Source of the DNA: Patescibacteria group bacterium
GTDB lineage: Bacteria; Patescibacteriota; Doudnabacteria; UBA920; O2-02-FULL-48-8
Assembly (NCBI GenBank): GCA_036278915.1
Contig: DASUKB010000001.1
Coordinates: 301,186 to 365,185 of the forward strand
Length of the DNA stretch: 64,000 bases
Reading direction: 5' to 3'
The notes below the pieces were generated by a model. That model was not told where the DNA came from, made no database searches, and was given only the letters and a program-made list of their open reading frames with translations. Positions 10,176 to 20,232 of the stretch are shown piece after piece. Every line of letters begins with the position of its first letter. Within the stretch, counting starts at the first letter, position 1. Made by a program: the position numbers and the translations under genes.

Positions 10176-10893
10176 GGAATTTGTATTTAAAAACTATAAA
10201 TGAAAAAACCAGTACCGCGTTCCACATGCGTCTGATGCGCCATGGCTGAGTTATGAGACGCCAAAGCCATTCCAAACCAAGGTGACCCACCCAGTCGGGC
10301 GCTGTTTTCCGCTTGCCGGACAAATAATCAAAGGTGCCTCCAAGGCCAATAGCGACTTTTACGTTCAGAAAAGAGAGGTTTTGCGAAAGCCACGTTTCTT
10401 GCTTTGGCGGAGCGTAAGCTATGCATAGTATATCAGAATTTGAGTTTGCAATCCCCTGTACTATTTGCGCGTCGAACGGCCTTTCCGAAACTGCGAGATT
10501 TATTTTGAGATTCGGGAACTTTAGCTTAAGCGCTTGCGCAGATAATGCCGCAACATTGTCCTGACCTCCCACTAGGGACATTGAGTAGCCTTTTTCGCTT
10601 GCCAGCTCCGCAATATCCCAAATAAACTTTGAGCCGGAAATTTTTTCAGTTATAACTTTTGTACCAGCCAAGAAATTCGCAGCCCATACCAGGCCTTGTC
10701 CGTCGGGCAAAGAAAGGTCGGCTCCGTTTAGAACTTTCAAATAATTTTGGTCGCGGTTGGCAAACACCACAAATTCCGAGTACGCGGTCACTACCAAATG
10801 CGGTTTACCGCTTTGGACAAATTCATCTATCAATTTGATAGCTTCAAGTTTAGTCACGTTATCGACCAAAACATTTGCGACATTTACCTTCAT
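10162..10893 (-). CDS. WecB/TagA/CpsF family glycosyltransferase
   Basis: DLSLPDG, PKQE, GLGGTFD, GLEWLWRL...PWRIRR. Confidence 0.9.
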   Translation of the reverse strand: MKVNVANVLVDNVTKLEAIKLIDEFVQSGKPHLVVTAYSEFVVFANRDQNYLKVLNGADLSLPDGQGLVWAANFLAGTKVITEKISGSKFIWDIAELASEKGYSMSLVGGQDNVAALSAQALKLKFPNLKINLAVSERPFDAQIVQGIANSNSDILCIAYAPPKQETWLSQNLSFLNVKVAIGLGGTFDYLSGKRKTAPDWVGHLGLEWLWRLITQPWRIRRMWNAVLVFSFIVFKYKFHGRN

Positions 10894-10933
10894 ATATCTT
10901 TAAATTATAGCATAAAACTGCTATGATACGGAT

Positions 10934-11197
10934 ATGGAAATCAGCCCCGGCAAACTCCGGAAAACGAAAGACACCCACCTGCATTCGGCCGCGCATGCGC
11001 TGGCCGACGAGCTTGCCAATCGACTGGGCGATACCAAACATTTCGGATTTTATCTTAAAATGGCCATAACTTATGACCACGGCTTCCTCCGCCGCCTGGC
11101 TGGCGAAGTTTTGGAATCCAAGTCAACCAAAAAACCGGGCGCATTGTTTGCATATTTAATTAAAAAATATAATCAAGAACATGCTAAAGATAGTTAA
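10934..11197 (+). CDS. Small basic hypothetical protein
   Basis: 87 aa, TATGAT 6 nt before ATG, overlaps def start; ends KKPGALFAYLIKK. Confidence 0.7.
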   Translation: MEISPGKLRKTKDTHLHSAAHALADELANRLGDTKHFGFYLKMAITYDHGFLRRLAGEVLESKSTKKPGALFAYLIKKYNQEHAKDS

Positions 11198-11657
11198 AGT
11201 ACCGGATCCAATTCTGACCAAAAAAACTTCAACAGTAAAAAAAATCGACGAAGCGATTTTGGATTTGGCAGCCGAGATGCTTGTCACCTGCCGAAAAGCC
11301 AACGGCATTGGCCTGGCTGCGCCGCAAATCGGCAAATCGCTTCGGTTGTGCATCATCAATCTTGAACACATAAATGTTCCGCCCTTTGCCCTGGTTAATC
11401 CCGAAATCGTCCGCAGCTCATTTAAAAAAGTGGAAATGGAAGAAGGCTGCTTGTCTATTCCAGGCGTATTTGGCATGGTGAAGCGCCCCAGTACGGTTAC
11501 CGTGCGCGCCGCCACTTTGGAAGGCAAAGAGATTAAATTCCGAGCCGGCGGGCTTATGTCTCGCGTCATCCAGCATGAAATCGATCATTTGGACGGCATA
11601 CTATTCACCTCAAAAATAATTAAACAAACCGCGGGCAACCCCGAAGAGAAGATGTAA
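11181..11657 (+). CDS. def: Peptide deformylase
   Basis: GIGLAAPQIG, EGCLS, QHEIDHLDG. Confidence 0.97.
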   Translation: MLKIVKVPDPILTKKTSTVKKIDEAILDLAAEMLVTCRKANGIGLAAPQIGKSLRLCIINLEHINVPPFALVNPEIVRSSFKKVEMEEGCLSIPGVFGMVKRPSTVTVRAATLEGKEIKFRAGGLMSRVIQHEIDHLDGILFTSKIIKQTAGNPEEKM

Positions 11658-12577
11658 TGAGATTTATATTTGCTGGTACAACGGAATTTGGAATTCCCAC
11701 CCTAGAAAAACTCATCGCGGATGGCCATGAGTTGCTTTTTGTTATAACCCAACCGGACAAACCATTTGGACGCAAACAAGAACTCAATGCTGCCCCAATC
11801 AAAAAATGGGCGCAAGCCAATAATGTCCGCGTGCTCCAGCCAGATAAAATTTCAGAACTTCATGATGACATTGCTTTGCCAAAGCCGGATGTTTTACTGG
11901 TCGCAGCCTACGGACAGATCATTCCCAAAGAGATTTTGGACTTGCCAAGACATGGATCTATAAATATTCACGGCTCAGTTTTACCTAAATATCGGGGCGC
12001 CTCGCCAATCCAAGCAGCCATCCTTCATGGCGATACGAAAACAGGCATCACGCTTCTCCAAATGGATGAAAAAATGGATCACGGCCCAATCCTGGCCACT
12101 AAAGACCTTGACATTGCTCCCGAAGAAACGTTCCAGCAGCTTTATAGACGTTTGTCCGAACTTTCCGCTGAAATCTGCTCACAAATTTTGCCGCAATTTT
12201 TGACCGGGCAAATCCAAGGGGAGCCGCAGGAGCACTCCGCGGCCACGTTTACCAAGCTCCTCAGAAAAGAAGACGCGCGCATCGACTGGACCGGAAGTGC
12301 CGTGAATATTTTAAATCAAGTCCGTGCGCTCAACCCAGAACCCGGCACCTGGACCACGCTTGACGGAAAGGTCGTCAAAATTTTGGAAGTAAAAATTCTG
12401 CCAGGCATAAAAATCGAACTGCCTGGCAAACTTTTCCAAACACCGGAAGGCCTTGCCGCGAAAGCATCCGATGCGAGCCTTATCCTGCAATCAGTCCAGC
12501 CAGCGGGAGGCAATGTTATGACTGGGGCACAATGGGCAAATGGCATCCGAAATTTATCGGTAAAACATTTTATTTAA
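11657..12577 (+). CDS. fmt: Methionyl-tRNA formyltransferase
   Basis: TQPDKPFGR, VAAYGQII, NIHGSVLPKYRGASPIQ; follows def. Confidence 0.96.
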   Translation: MRFIFAGTTEFGIPTLEKLIADGHELLFVITQPDKPFGRKQELNAAPIKKWAQANNVRVLQPDKISELHDDIALPKPDVLLVAAYGQIIPKEILDLPRHGSINIHGSVLPKYRGASPIQAAILHGDTKTGITLLQMDEKMDHGPILATKDLDIAPEETFQQLYRRLSELSAEICSQILPQFLTGQIQGEPQEHSAATFTKLLRKEDARIDWTGSAVNILNQVRALNPEPGTWTTLDGKVVKILEVKILPGIKIELPGKLFQTPEGLAAKASDASLILQSVQPAGGNVMTGAQWANGIRNLSVKHFI

Positions 12578-12759
12578 AATTTCCCAATCTAGTAACAAAG
12601 GCGTCTAATTTCCGTCGGCCCCTGGACATGATTGTTTCTGGATGTTTCTCTGATATTGTCCGCGTCAAAGCTTTGTTTTATTGGATAATTATGAAATAGA
12701 CAGGAGAATCCTTAGATGTTGTTATATAAACAGCATCTTTTTTTATTAATCCAAATTTT

Positions 12760-14472
12760 ATGAAGCACAAGATCATATTGTTTGCATTGGTCGGGGTGGC
12801 AGTATTCGCCGCGGGAAAAGCTCACGCTGCTGTTTCCAATTGGCAGTCAGGCGCAAGCTTGGTGCCCAAAAGCACCACAGACTTTTCATCTAGTTCGTTT
12901 AATCAATCTCTGCAAAATTTAGCAGCAGCCCATGCCAACACTGCTGTCTTTATAATCCCCTACTACCAGTCCGGCATGAACTCTTCCGACATACAAGCCG
13001 GATGGAATACTCCAACCGATAGCTCGCTTACCACCGCCATAGACTATGCCCACTCGCTTGGGCTTTCTGTAGTACTCAAGCCACATCTGGATTGCTATTG
13101 TGGCGGCTGGCGCGCGCAGATAAATGCCTCCGACCGCGGCAGTTGGTTTGCGAATTACTCCGCAATGCTTAACCATTTGGGAACCATAGGACAAGCTCAT
13201 AATGTATCGGAGATTGTTGTCGGCACGGAGCTTATCGACATGGCATCCGGTGACAGTAATTCAGATAATACAACCCAGTGGCAATCCATGATTTCGTCTC
13301 TGAGAGGGGTTTACAACGGCAAACTGACCTACAGTGCCAACTGGGGCGCGTCCGGATTCGCTCTTGAGGTGCCGCAAATTAAATTCTGGGGTTCGCTAGA
13401 CCAAATCGGAATTTCGGCGTACTACGAACTGCCCAGCGGCTCCAACAATCCATCGGATATCGAGTCCCAGTGGGACCGATGGAATAATAGCAACATCAAA
13501 CCAATTTCGCAGGCTTACAACAAACCCGTCATATTCACCGAAATTGGGTACAAAAGCATCAGCGGCGCGCGCTATCAACCCTGGAACTCCGGAGCTGGTG
13601 GCTCATACGATCCAACAGAACAGGCCAACCTTTATACCGCTTTGTTTGAATATTGGAATAATCAGTCGTTTATGCAGGGAGTCTACCTTTGGAACTGGGA
13701 CACCAACCCAAATTATGGCGGCAGCGGCAACACAGACTATTCACCGCAAAATAAGCCGGCCCAGGACGTGATATCAAGCTGGTTTTCGGGTTCAGGGACT
13801 GGCGGCGGCGGACAAACTGGTAACCTAAGCTTCACCAGTTCTGCCGCTGTGCCTGCAACCATAAACGCCAACCAATCTGCCAGCATTACCGCCAACATCA
13901 AAAACAATTCCTCATCCAACGCCTCAAACCTCATAGTGGATACGGAAGTTTACAATAGTTCCGATTCAAAGGTCTTCCAGAAATTTGTGTCCGGTCAAAG
14001 CATTGCCGCCGGACAAAGCAAGCAATTCACGTCCAGTTGGACACCCGCCGCCGCCGGAAACTACACTGTCAAAATTGGAATTTTCAATTCCGATTGGTCT
14101 ACAAATTATTCTTGGAACGGTTCGTCTGCCGCGTTCACAGTTTCGGATTCGGGAAGCGGCTCAGGCACGACAGCTGGAAGTTTAGATATCTGGTGGCCCA
14201 GTGACGGCGGGACAGTGTCGGGTACCCAGCCCTTCAAAGCCATGGTCGAAAATCTAGACGTTTCAAATTACAACATGTACTGGCAGGTTGACGGCGGGCA
14301 GCTAAACCAAATGTTCAACAGTACGCAAGATTATCCGCACAAAGAAGTGCTAGTGGATCTTTCCGGCTGGAATTGGAAGCCGAGCAACAACTACGCACTC
14401 AACTTCGTGGCAAAAAATGTAAATTCCAACATAATTGCGCAGAAATCCATAGGCATCCATGTCAACCACTAA
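12760..14472 (+). CDS. Secreted GH113-like glycoside hydrolase with Ig-like domains
   Basis: Signal peptide; LKPHLD, GTEL acid/base, LTYSANW, IGISAYY, FTEIGY nucleophile; Gly/Ser linker; C-terminal WWP domain. Confidence 0.8.
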   Translation: MKHKIILFALVGVAVFAAGKAHAAVSNWQSGASLVPKSTTDFSSSSFNQSLQNLAAAHANTAVFIIPYYQSGMNSSDIQAGWNTPTDSSLTTAIDYAHSLGLSVVLKPHLDCYCGGWRAQINASDRGSWFANYSAMLNHLGTIGQAHNVSEIVVGTELIDMASGDSNSDNTTQWQSMISSLRGVYNGKLTYSANWGASGFALEVPQIKFWGSLDQIGISAYYELPSGSNNPSDIESQWDRWNNSNIKPISQAYNKPVIFTEIGYKSISGARYQPWNSGAGGSYDPTEQANLYTALFEYWNNQSFMQGVYLWNWDTNPNYGGSGNTDYSPQNKPAQDVISSWFSGSGTGGGGQTGNLSFTSSAAVPATINANQSASITANIKNNSSSNASNLIVDTEVYNSSDSKVFQKFVSGQSIAAGQSKQFTSSWTPAAAGNYTVKIGIFNSDWSTNYSWNGSSAAFTVSDSGSGSGTTAGSLDIWWPSDGGTVSGTQPFKAMVENLDVSNYNMYWQVDGGQLNQMFNSTQDYPHKEVLVDLSGWNWKPSNNYALNFVAKNVNSNIIAQKSIGIHVNH

Positions 14473-16345
14473 TCTCCCAAATTATATAAAGCTTGCCTGT
14501 ATTGGCATCATATTAGCAGGGGCTTTGGCCGGACATAAGGCCCAGGCTGCTGTAGCGAATTGGCAGAAGGGTGAATCTATCGTGCCAACCTCACAGACTG
14601 ATTTTGCCTCGGATAATATGCAGCGCTCGCTGGACAACTTGCGCGCAACCGGAGCCAATTATGTCACTCTTGTTTTACCCTACTATCAAAATTCTATCCA
14701 CGACACCGCTATTTTTGCTGGAGTAAATACCCCTACGGATGACGCGCTTGTTTCTGCCATTGATTACGCGCACTCCATCGGTTTGGCCGTTAACTTGAAA
14801 GTTCACGCCGAAGCTTACGATACAGACTGGCGCGCCAACATAAATCCAAGCAACCGTTCAGAATGGTTCACAAATTACGGCCTCATCCTAAACCATTTGG
14901 GGATCTTGGGACAAGCGCACCGCGTAGAGATGATTACGATCGGCACAGAACTCATTGATATGGCTTCAGATAATTTAAATTCCACAAACACTGCCAATTG
15001 GGAAAAACTCATAGCTACACTCCGTACTGTCTACAGCGGCAAACTGACCTACAGCGCCAATTGGGGTGGCGGGACCTGGAACGACGAGATTGACCACATT
15101 AAATTTTGGTCAGCTTTAGACTATATTGGCGTGTCTGCGTATTACCATGTAGCTAGCTCACAAAATTATACAATGCAGTCACTGGAAAACGCTTGGTCTA
15201 AGGTTGATGTAAATCAACTTGGGCCGTTGAGTCGGCGCTTTGGCAAGCAGGTCATTATCACAGAAGTTGGTTATAGAAGCGTTCAGGGCGGCCTCACGCA
15301 CCCAGCCAGCTGGACGCTCACCGGACCCGTGGACGAGGAAGAACAAAACGACGGCTTCGCCGCGCTATTCAATTACTGGAATAACGTTCCCTATCTCGCC
15401 GGAGTACAATTTTGGGATTGGAAACCTAACCCAAATGTCGGCGGCCCAAACGATACTGACTTTACTCCGCAGGGGAAACTCGCTCAAAAAACAATTGCAT
15501 CATGGTTTACCTCAAACAAGGCTCCGGACGCAAACTCAGATCCTGGAAATTCACAAACTATTCAACTCTCTTCATTGTCTTGGGCTTCAGCGGCCAACGG
15601 CTGGGGGCCAGTAGAAATAAACTCCAGCAACGGCGAAAAGGCGCTCGGTGATGGCAAAACTATTACCATTAATGGTTCAAAATACGAGACTGGTCTCGGC
15701 ACCAACGCTAAGTCAAAAATTATATATAATATTTCCGATTGCAGTAAATTTACCAGCGACATTGGCGTGGACGATGAAGTGGACATACGCGGCTCGGTGG
15801 TGTTTCAGGTTTGGTCCGGTCCGAATAAAATATACGACAGCGGACTTATGACTTTTGCCGATCCTGCCAAGCATATTGACTTAGATATCAATGGAGTAAC
15901 AAACCTGGCCCTTATTGCCCAGGATGGCGGCAATGGCAACGGCCACGATCATGCGGACTGGGCCAACCCCACAATCACCTGTGCTGCGGAAACCACTCCT
16001 GTTACTCCTACACCTCCTCCCCCGCCTCCCACACCCACACCGGCTCCGGTTGCCAGAATTGATGTTTGGTGGCCGACAAATGGCGCGGTTGTCTCTGGGA
16101 TCCAGCCGTTTAAGGCTATGGTGGCAGAGAAATCAATTTCGGATTACGATATGTATTGGCAGGTTGACGGCGGAGAACTTAATTTTATGGGCACAAGCTC
16201 GCAAGATTATCCACACAAGGAATCCATGGTGGATCTATCTGGCTGGAACTGGCACCAAAGCGGACCCTATAAGATTACATTTGTTGTAAAAGACAAATCA
16301 GGGGCAATAATTGCCACGCAAAGTGTTGAAATTAGCATCAACTAA
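14459..16345 (+). CDS. Secreted GH113-like glycoside hydrolase with NPCBM/CBM51-like domain
   Basis: Paralog of upstream gene (GTEL, LTYSANW, ITEVGY); NGWGPVE..SNGE...DGGNGNGHDHADWA domain; Pro/Thr linker; same C-terminal WWP domain. Confidence 0.8.
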   Translation: MSTTNLPNYIKLACIGIILAGALAGHKAQAAVANWQKGESIVPTSQTDFASDNMQRSLDNLRATGANYVTLVLPYYQNSIHDTAIFAGVNTPTDDALVSAIDYAHSIGLAVNLKVHAEAYDTDWRANINPSNRSEWFTNYGLILNHLGILGQAHRVEMITIGTELIDMASDNLNSTNTANWEKLIATLRTVYSGKLTYSANWGGGTWNDEIDHIKFWSALDYIGVSAYYHVASSQNYTMQSLENAWSKVDVNQLGPLSRRFGKQVIITEVGYRSVQGGLTHPASWTLTGPVDEEEQNDGFAALFNYWNNVPYLAGVQFWDWKPNPNVGGPNDTDFTPQGKLAQKTIASWFTSNKAPDANSDPGNSQTIQLSSLSWASAANGWGPVEINSSNGEKALGDGKTITINGSKYETGLGTNAKSKIIYNISDCSKFTSDIGVDDEVDIRGSVVFQVWSGPNKIYDSGLMTFADPAKHIDLDINGVTNLALIAQDGGNGNGHDHADWANPTITCAAETTPVTPTPPPPPPTPTPAPVARIDVWWPTNGAVVSGIQPFKAMVAEKSISDYDMYWQVDGGELNFMGTSSQDYPHKESMVDLSGWNWHQSGPYKITFVVKDKSGAIIATQSVEISIN

Positions 16346-16351
16346 TAAATA

Positions 16352-16379
16352 AAAAATCGGCTCGCAGGAGCCGATTTTT
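16352..16379. terminator. Bidirectional intrinsic terminator
   Basis: aaaaaatcggctc-gcag-gagccgattttt between convergent genes. Confidence 0.8.
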
Positions 16380-16696
16380 TACGAATCAATTTTGGCTGCG
16401 AGTATAAAATCGTTTTCCGAAAGACCGTTGATGGCGTGAGTTGAAAATTCCACCGTAACCCGAGAGTAAGAAACTTTCATGTCCGGATGGTGGCCTTCTT
16501 CCTGGGCTATGAGTGCCACGCGGTTGACGAACGCCATCGTATCTGGAAACGACTTAAATTTATAATCTTTGGTGATTCGTATGCCTTCAATTAGCTTCCA
16601 GCCTCGCAGCTCTCGTAGATACTTTTTTATTTCAGCTGGAGAAAGCGGCGGTGTGCCTGCCTCGCAAGGGGCACATCGCTTATCTGATAGTTTCAT
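16379..16696 (-). CDS. Pterin-4-alpha-carbinolamine dehydratase
   Basis: CAPCE, EGHHPD, THAINGLSENDFILAAKID. Confidence 0.92.
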   Translation of the reverse strand: MKLSDKRCAPCEAGTPPLSPAEIKKYLRELRGWKLIEGIRITKDYKFKSFPDTMAFVNRVALIAQEEGHHPDMKVSYSRVTVEFSTHAINGLSENDFILAAKIDS

Positions 16697-16700
16697 TATT

Positions 16701-17165
16701 TTAAGTTAAATTACTTTTACGATCGTATGTGCCAATGAGCTGGGCATACTCTATGGTATGGCCGGCTACTGCTTCGAGTAAATCATTTTTGCCGCTGGTG
16801 TGTTCAAGCTGTAAGGATGAATCCAGCGCAAACAGCGTAAACACATACCGATGCATACGGTCTGGCGGGCACGGCGGCACATAATCTAAAGTCCCTCGCG
16901 TGTTCTGCCCGACGATCCCCACAGACTGCTGTGCTTCCTGCAAGCCTCGCGTTTTCGCGGGGATATTCCAAATGAGCCAATGGTCAAAAATTCCGTCTGG
17001 ACGAAAATTTTTGGGCACGTCAGGGTCTTCCATTATAAGAGCCAATGTTTTCGTACCAGGAGGCACTTCCAAAAAATTCAGGGGCGGACTAATCCGCTCC
17101 CCATCGCATGTGTATTTAGCCGGCATCGGCGAATTGTTTGCAAAGCTTGGGCTTTCCAATTTCAT
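16701..17165 (-). CDS. YbhB/YbcL family (PEBP, Raf kinase inhibitor-like) protein
   Basis: YTCDG, EDPD, HWLIWNIP, PPCPP..HRYVFTLFALD; start MKLESP at 17165. Confidence 0.92.
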   Translation of the reverse strand: MKLESPSFANNSPMPAKYTCDGERISPPLNFLEVPPGTKTLALIMEDPDVPKNFRPDGIFDHWLIWNIPAKTRGLQEAQQSVGIVGQNTRGTLDYVPPCPPDRMHRYVFTLFALDSSLQLEHTSGKNDLLEAVAGHTIEYAQLIGTYDRKSNLT

Positions 17166-17176
17166 ATTCAAATCCT

Positions 17177-17509
17177 TCAGGCACTGTAGCGATAGAGAAA
17201 AATTATGACAATCGTCAAAATGATGAGCAAAGTTAATCCCAGAAGTTTGGCCTCTAGAATGTGCTTGTTCCAGTGCAGGTGCGCCTTGCGCACGTAAATA
17301 ATATCCCACCACCGCTGTCCTTCCATAATGCCCGCCATACAACCGCCTACCAGCAAAATCCAAAGGTACGCGGTTTCATTGAGTGCGATTCCCTTTTTGA
17401 GGACAATCAAACTGCCCAGTCCGTACACCACCAAGGCCATAAGGGTTCCCAGAAACGCGAACGACACGACGTAAATTCTTTTCTTTAAGGCAATTGTTTG
17501 TTTGTTCAT
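17177..17509 (-). CDS. Hypothetical membrane protein (3 TM)
   Basis: Three hydrophobic stretches, GQRWWDIIYV; in an operon-like run of genes. Confidence 0.7.
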   Translation of the reverse strand: MNKQTIALKKRIYVVSFAFLGTLMALVVYGLGSLIVLKKGIALNETAYLWILLVGGCMAGIMEGQRWWDIIYVRKAHLHWNKHILEAKLLGLTLLIILTIVIIFLYRYSA

Positions 17510-17528
17510 TTATTTTTGTAGTTTAATT

Positions 17529-17795
17529 TCAGATGACGCTGAATTCCCTAAATGATTTTATCCGTCCTTCTTTAAAGTCAATCCGCTCCACGGCGGCTTC
17601 GTCCGTACCGCTGTTGCACCACTCAATAAAGTTATCCAAATCTTCTTCCGTGCCTTCGGCTTCCACGATCACAAATTTACCCTCGTTTTTGGCGTAACCC
17701 TTGATGCCCAAATTGTCTGCCACCTGCTTGGCCGCAATGCGAAAGCCCACGCCCTGTACCCTACCAAAGACGAAGATATCCAGATGCTTATCCAT
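17529..17795 (-). CDS. acyP: Acylphosphatase
   Basis: GRVQGVGFR, GYAKN. Confidence 0.93.
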   Translation of the reverse strand: MDKHLDIFVFGRVQGVGFRIAAKQVADNLGIKGYAKNEGKFVIVEAEGTEEDLDNFIEWCNSGTDEAAVERIDFKEGRIKSFREFSVI

Positions 17796-17799
17796 AGAA

Positions 17800-18360
17800 T
17801 TAGTTTAGCATTTTCTTAAGCTTTTTAAAATCTGCTTCCAAAAGCCTGCGGATATTTGGGTTGCGCAGGGCTGCGGCCGGATGGAACATGGGAACCAGGT
17901 TAAATTTATGTCCCAGCCATTCAGCCCGCCTAGGCATGCCGTGAATTTGCGAGATCGGTTCTTTCGTGAATTTCTTCAACGACACCGCCCCCACTGTGAC
18001 TATAACTTTGGGCTGGATAATTTTAAGCTCTTCATCGACGTATTTTTCGTACGCAGCAACCTCACCGGGATTCGGAGTTTTGTTGTGAGGCGGACGAAAC
18101 CGTACAACGCTTGTAATATAAACATTTTTTTCCAAAAACCCCGCGTTCTGAATGAGTGCGCGCAAAAGCTTTCCGGAGCGGCCCACAAACGGCCGACCAA
18201 TTTCGTCTTCCATACGTCCCGGCGCTTCGCCCAAAATATAAATTTCCGGATTGAGGCTCCCTTCGCCAAACACTAATTGCTTCGCCGACTTGGCAAATGG
18301 CAAATGCTTGTCGGAGCGCATCCGGGCTTTTAATTTTTCGATTTCCTGCCGCTTATTCAT
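17800..18360 (-). CDS. Uracil-DNA glycosylase family 4
   Basis: VFGEG, GEAPG, PFVGRSG, FHPAAALR; lacks the usual Fe-S cysteines. Confidence 0.9.
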   Translation of the reverse strand: MNKRQEIEKLKARMRSDKHLPFAKSAKQLVFGEGSLNPEIYILGEAPGRMEDEIGRPFVGRSGKLLRALIQNAGFLEKNVYITSVVRFRPPHNKTPNPGEVAAYEKYVDEELKIIQPKVIVTVGAVSLKKFTKEPISQIHGMPRRAEWLGHKFNLVPMFHPAAALRNPNIRRLLEADFKKLKKMLN

Positions 18361-19284
18361 CTATCCTAAATTCATCTGGCGCAGCCGTTTAATGCGCTCT
18401 TCTATTGGTGGATGCGTGTTGAATAAATTAGCAAGCCAATGCCCGCGGCTGCCTGACTTCGTATCAGATTTAAAGGGGCTGGCAAAGTACAAATGCGCAG
18501 TTGCATTGTTGGAGTGCGCCAAAGGTTCTTCATCAGCTGCAATTTTTTCCAGAGCGCGTGCCAAACCCTCCGGGTAGCGCGTCAAAAGCGCGCCGGATGC
18601 GTCAGCCAGATATTCCCGATGACGCGAGACAGCAAGCTTAATGAGTGTTGCAATAATCGGCGAAAGAATCGCAAATATAAGCCCGACAACAGCTAAAATC
18701 GCCAGGATCTGGCCACCTTCGCCGTCTCTGCCGCGCCGGCGTCCGCCGCCAAGGAATCCGAACCTCAAGAACCAATCCGAGAGGAGCGTTATAGTGCCCA
18801 CCAAAACCACGACCATCGTCATTACGCGGATGTCATAATTTCCAATGTGCGACAGCTCGTGCGCAATTACGCCCTCAAGTTCGGTTTTGTCCATCTTCTG
18901 CAAAATTCCGGTAGTGGCGCACACGACCGCATGCTTGGGATCGCGTCCTGTGGCAAACGCATTCGGCGACGGATCGTTCACAATGTAAATCCTAGGCGCA
19001 GGCAAACCTGCGGCTATGCATAAATTTTCCACAATCCGATAAAGCTCCGGCGCAGTTTGCCGATCCACTTCCTGCGCGTGCGACATCGCAAGCGTTATGG
19101 AATCCGAAAAGTAATACGAGATGAGAGAGCTGAATACGCTAAATCCCACAGCAAAGTACAGGATCGCTTGGTTGTCATAAACTACGGCAAATAGATAACC
19201 AAGCGCAATAATGATTACCAAAAACACCGTGATTAAAAGCCACGATTCTCTTTTATTTCGCGTGATTTCGGTATACGTTAACAT
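18361..19284 (-). CDS. htpX: Membrane zinc metalloprotease HtpX
   Basis: PNAFATGR, AHELSH, SRHREYLAD, THPP. Confidence 0.95.
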   Translation of the reverse strand: MLTYTEITRNKRESWLLITVFLVIIIALGYLFAVVYDNQAILYFAVGFSVFSSLISYYFSDSITLAMSHAQEVDRQTAPELYRIVENLCIAAGLPAPRIYIVNDPSPNAFATGRDPKHAVVCATTGILQKMDKTELEGVIAHELSHIGNYDIRVMTMVVVLVGTITLLSDWFLRFGFLGGGRRRGRDGEGGQILAILAVVGLIFAILSPIIATLIKLAVSRHREYLADASGALLTRYPEGLARALEKIAADEEPLAHSNNATAHLYFASPFKSDTKSGSRGHWLANLFNTHPPIEERIKRLRQMNLG

Positions 19285-19345
19285 TCAAATTTCTAATTGA
19301 TCTAATCTACTAAATTTTAGATTAGAAATTACTAATTAGAGTAAT

Positions 19346-19918
19346 TTAGAATTGTACTTTTGGAGCCTGGCCTTCCACAGCTTCATCAAGGCCAAAGAAC
19401 TCGCGTTTGGTGAAGTGGAACAGTGACGCGAATATGTTGGTCGGGAAAACCTGAAGTTTCGTGTTGTAATCTCGGACATTACCGTTGTAAAATCTGCGAG
19501 AAGCCTGGATCTTGTCTTCAGTGTCTGTAAGATTCGACTGAAGATTCAAAAAGTTTTGATTAGCCTTAAGGTCCGGATAATTTTCGGCCAAAGCAAACAG
19601 TCGCCCAATGGCCGTGGACAGCTCGCCCTGCGCCGCCTGGAATTTCTGCATCTGTTCGGCATTGACCTTTGCCGGATCCATAGTAATGCTTGTGGCCTTG
19701 GAACGCGCGGCTACCACCTCGTCCAATGTCCCCCGCTCGTGCGCGGCATAGCCTTTGACTGTCTCCACTAAATTTGGGATCAAATCATAACGCCGTTTAA
19801 GCTGGACTTCTATATCGCTCCAGGCTTCATCAACGCGATTGCGGGAGCCTACCAGCGAATTGAACAGCCCAATGACCAAAAGGACCAAAACCCCTATAAT
19901 TATTATCCAAATCCACAT
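19346..19918 (-). CDS. lemA: LemA family protein
   Basis: AWSDIEVQLKRRYDLIPNLVETVKGYA, ENYPDLKAN; start MWIWII at 19918. Confidence 0.95.
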   Translation of the reverse strand: MWIWIIIIGVLVLLVIGLFNSLVGSRNRVDEAWSDIEVQLKRRYDLIPNLVETVKGYAAHERGTLDEVVAARSKATSITMDPAKVNAEQMQKFQAAQGELSTAIGRLFALAENYPDLKANQNFLNLQSNLTDTEDKIQASRRFYNGNVRDYNTKLQVFPTNIFASLFHFTKREFFGLDEAVEGQAPKVQF

Positions 19919-20024
19919 AATTTTTATAGTTAATGACTGTATAGATATTATAAGCAATTGGTTTAAATATATCCATAGTTGCTTTTTTATCAATTTGCGG
20001 GCATAATTACCGTAAGGAGGAGCC

Positions 20025-20204
20025 GTGGCCAACCGAGAGATCTTAGGAAGATTTCGTCGTAGGTCCAACCACATATGCCAATGCCGCCGCCCAGCGAAAT
20101 TCCGTATCAGAGGCCGGGTGAAGGCGGACACAGATCACGAGCTCTGTTTCCGCTGCCACCGATCATTGGCTCAGAGCATGAAGAGCCGACAGCTAGTCCA
20201 ATGA
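20025..20204 (+). CDS. Small Arg-rich Cys/His protein, 59 aa (not in ORF track)
   Basis: TTGCTT-17-CATAAT promoter, AAGGAGG 4 nt before GTG, MANREILGRFRRRSNHICQCRRPAKFRIRGRVKADTDHELCFRCHRSLAQSMKSRQLVQ, hairpin right after stop. Confidence 0.7.
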   Translation: MANREILGRFRRRSNHICQCRRPAKFRIRGRVKADTDHELCFRCHRSLAQSMKSRQLVQ

Positions 20205-20232
20205 CCCAGTATCTTTACAGACCCTGGGTCAT

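Noticed and set aside
16003-16045. C-rich low-complexity tract
   Set aside because: Simply encodes the Pro/Thr linker of the second glycosidase
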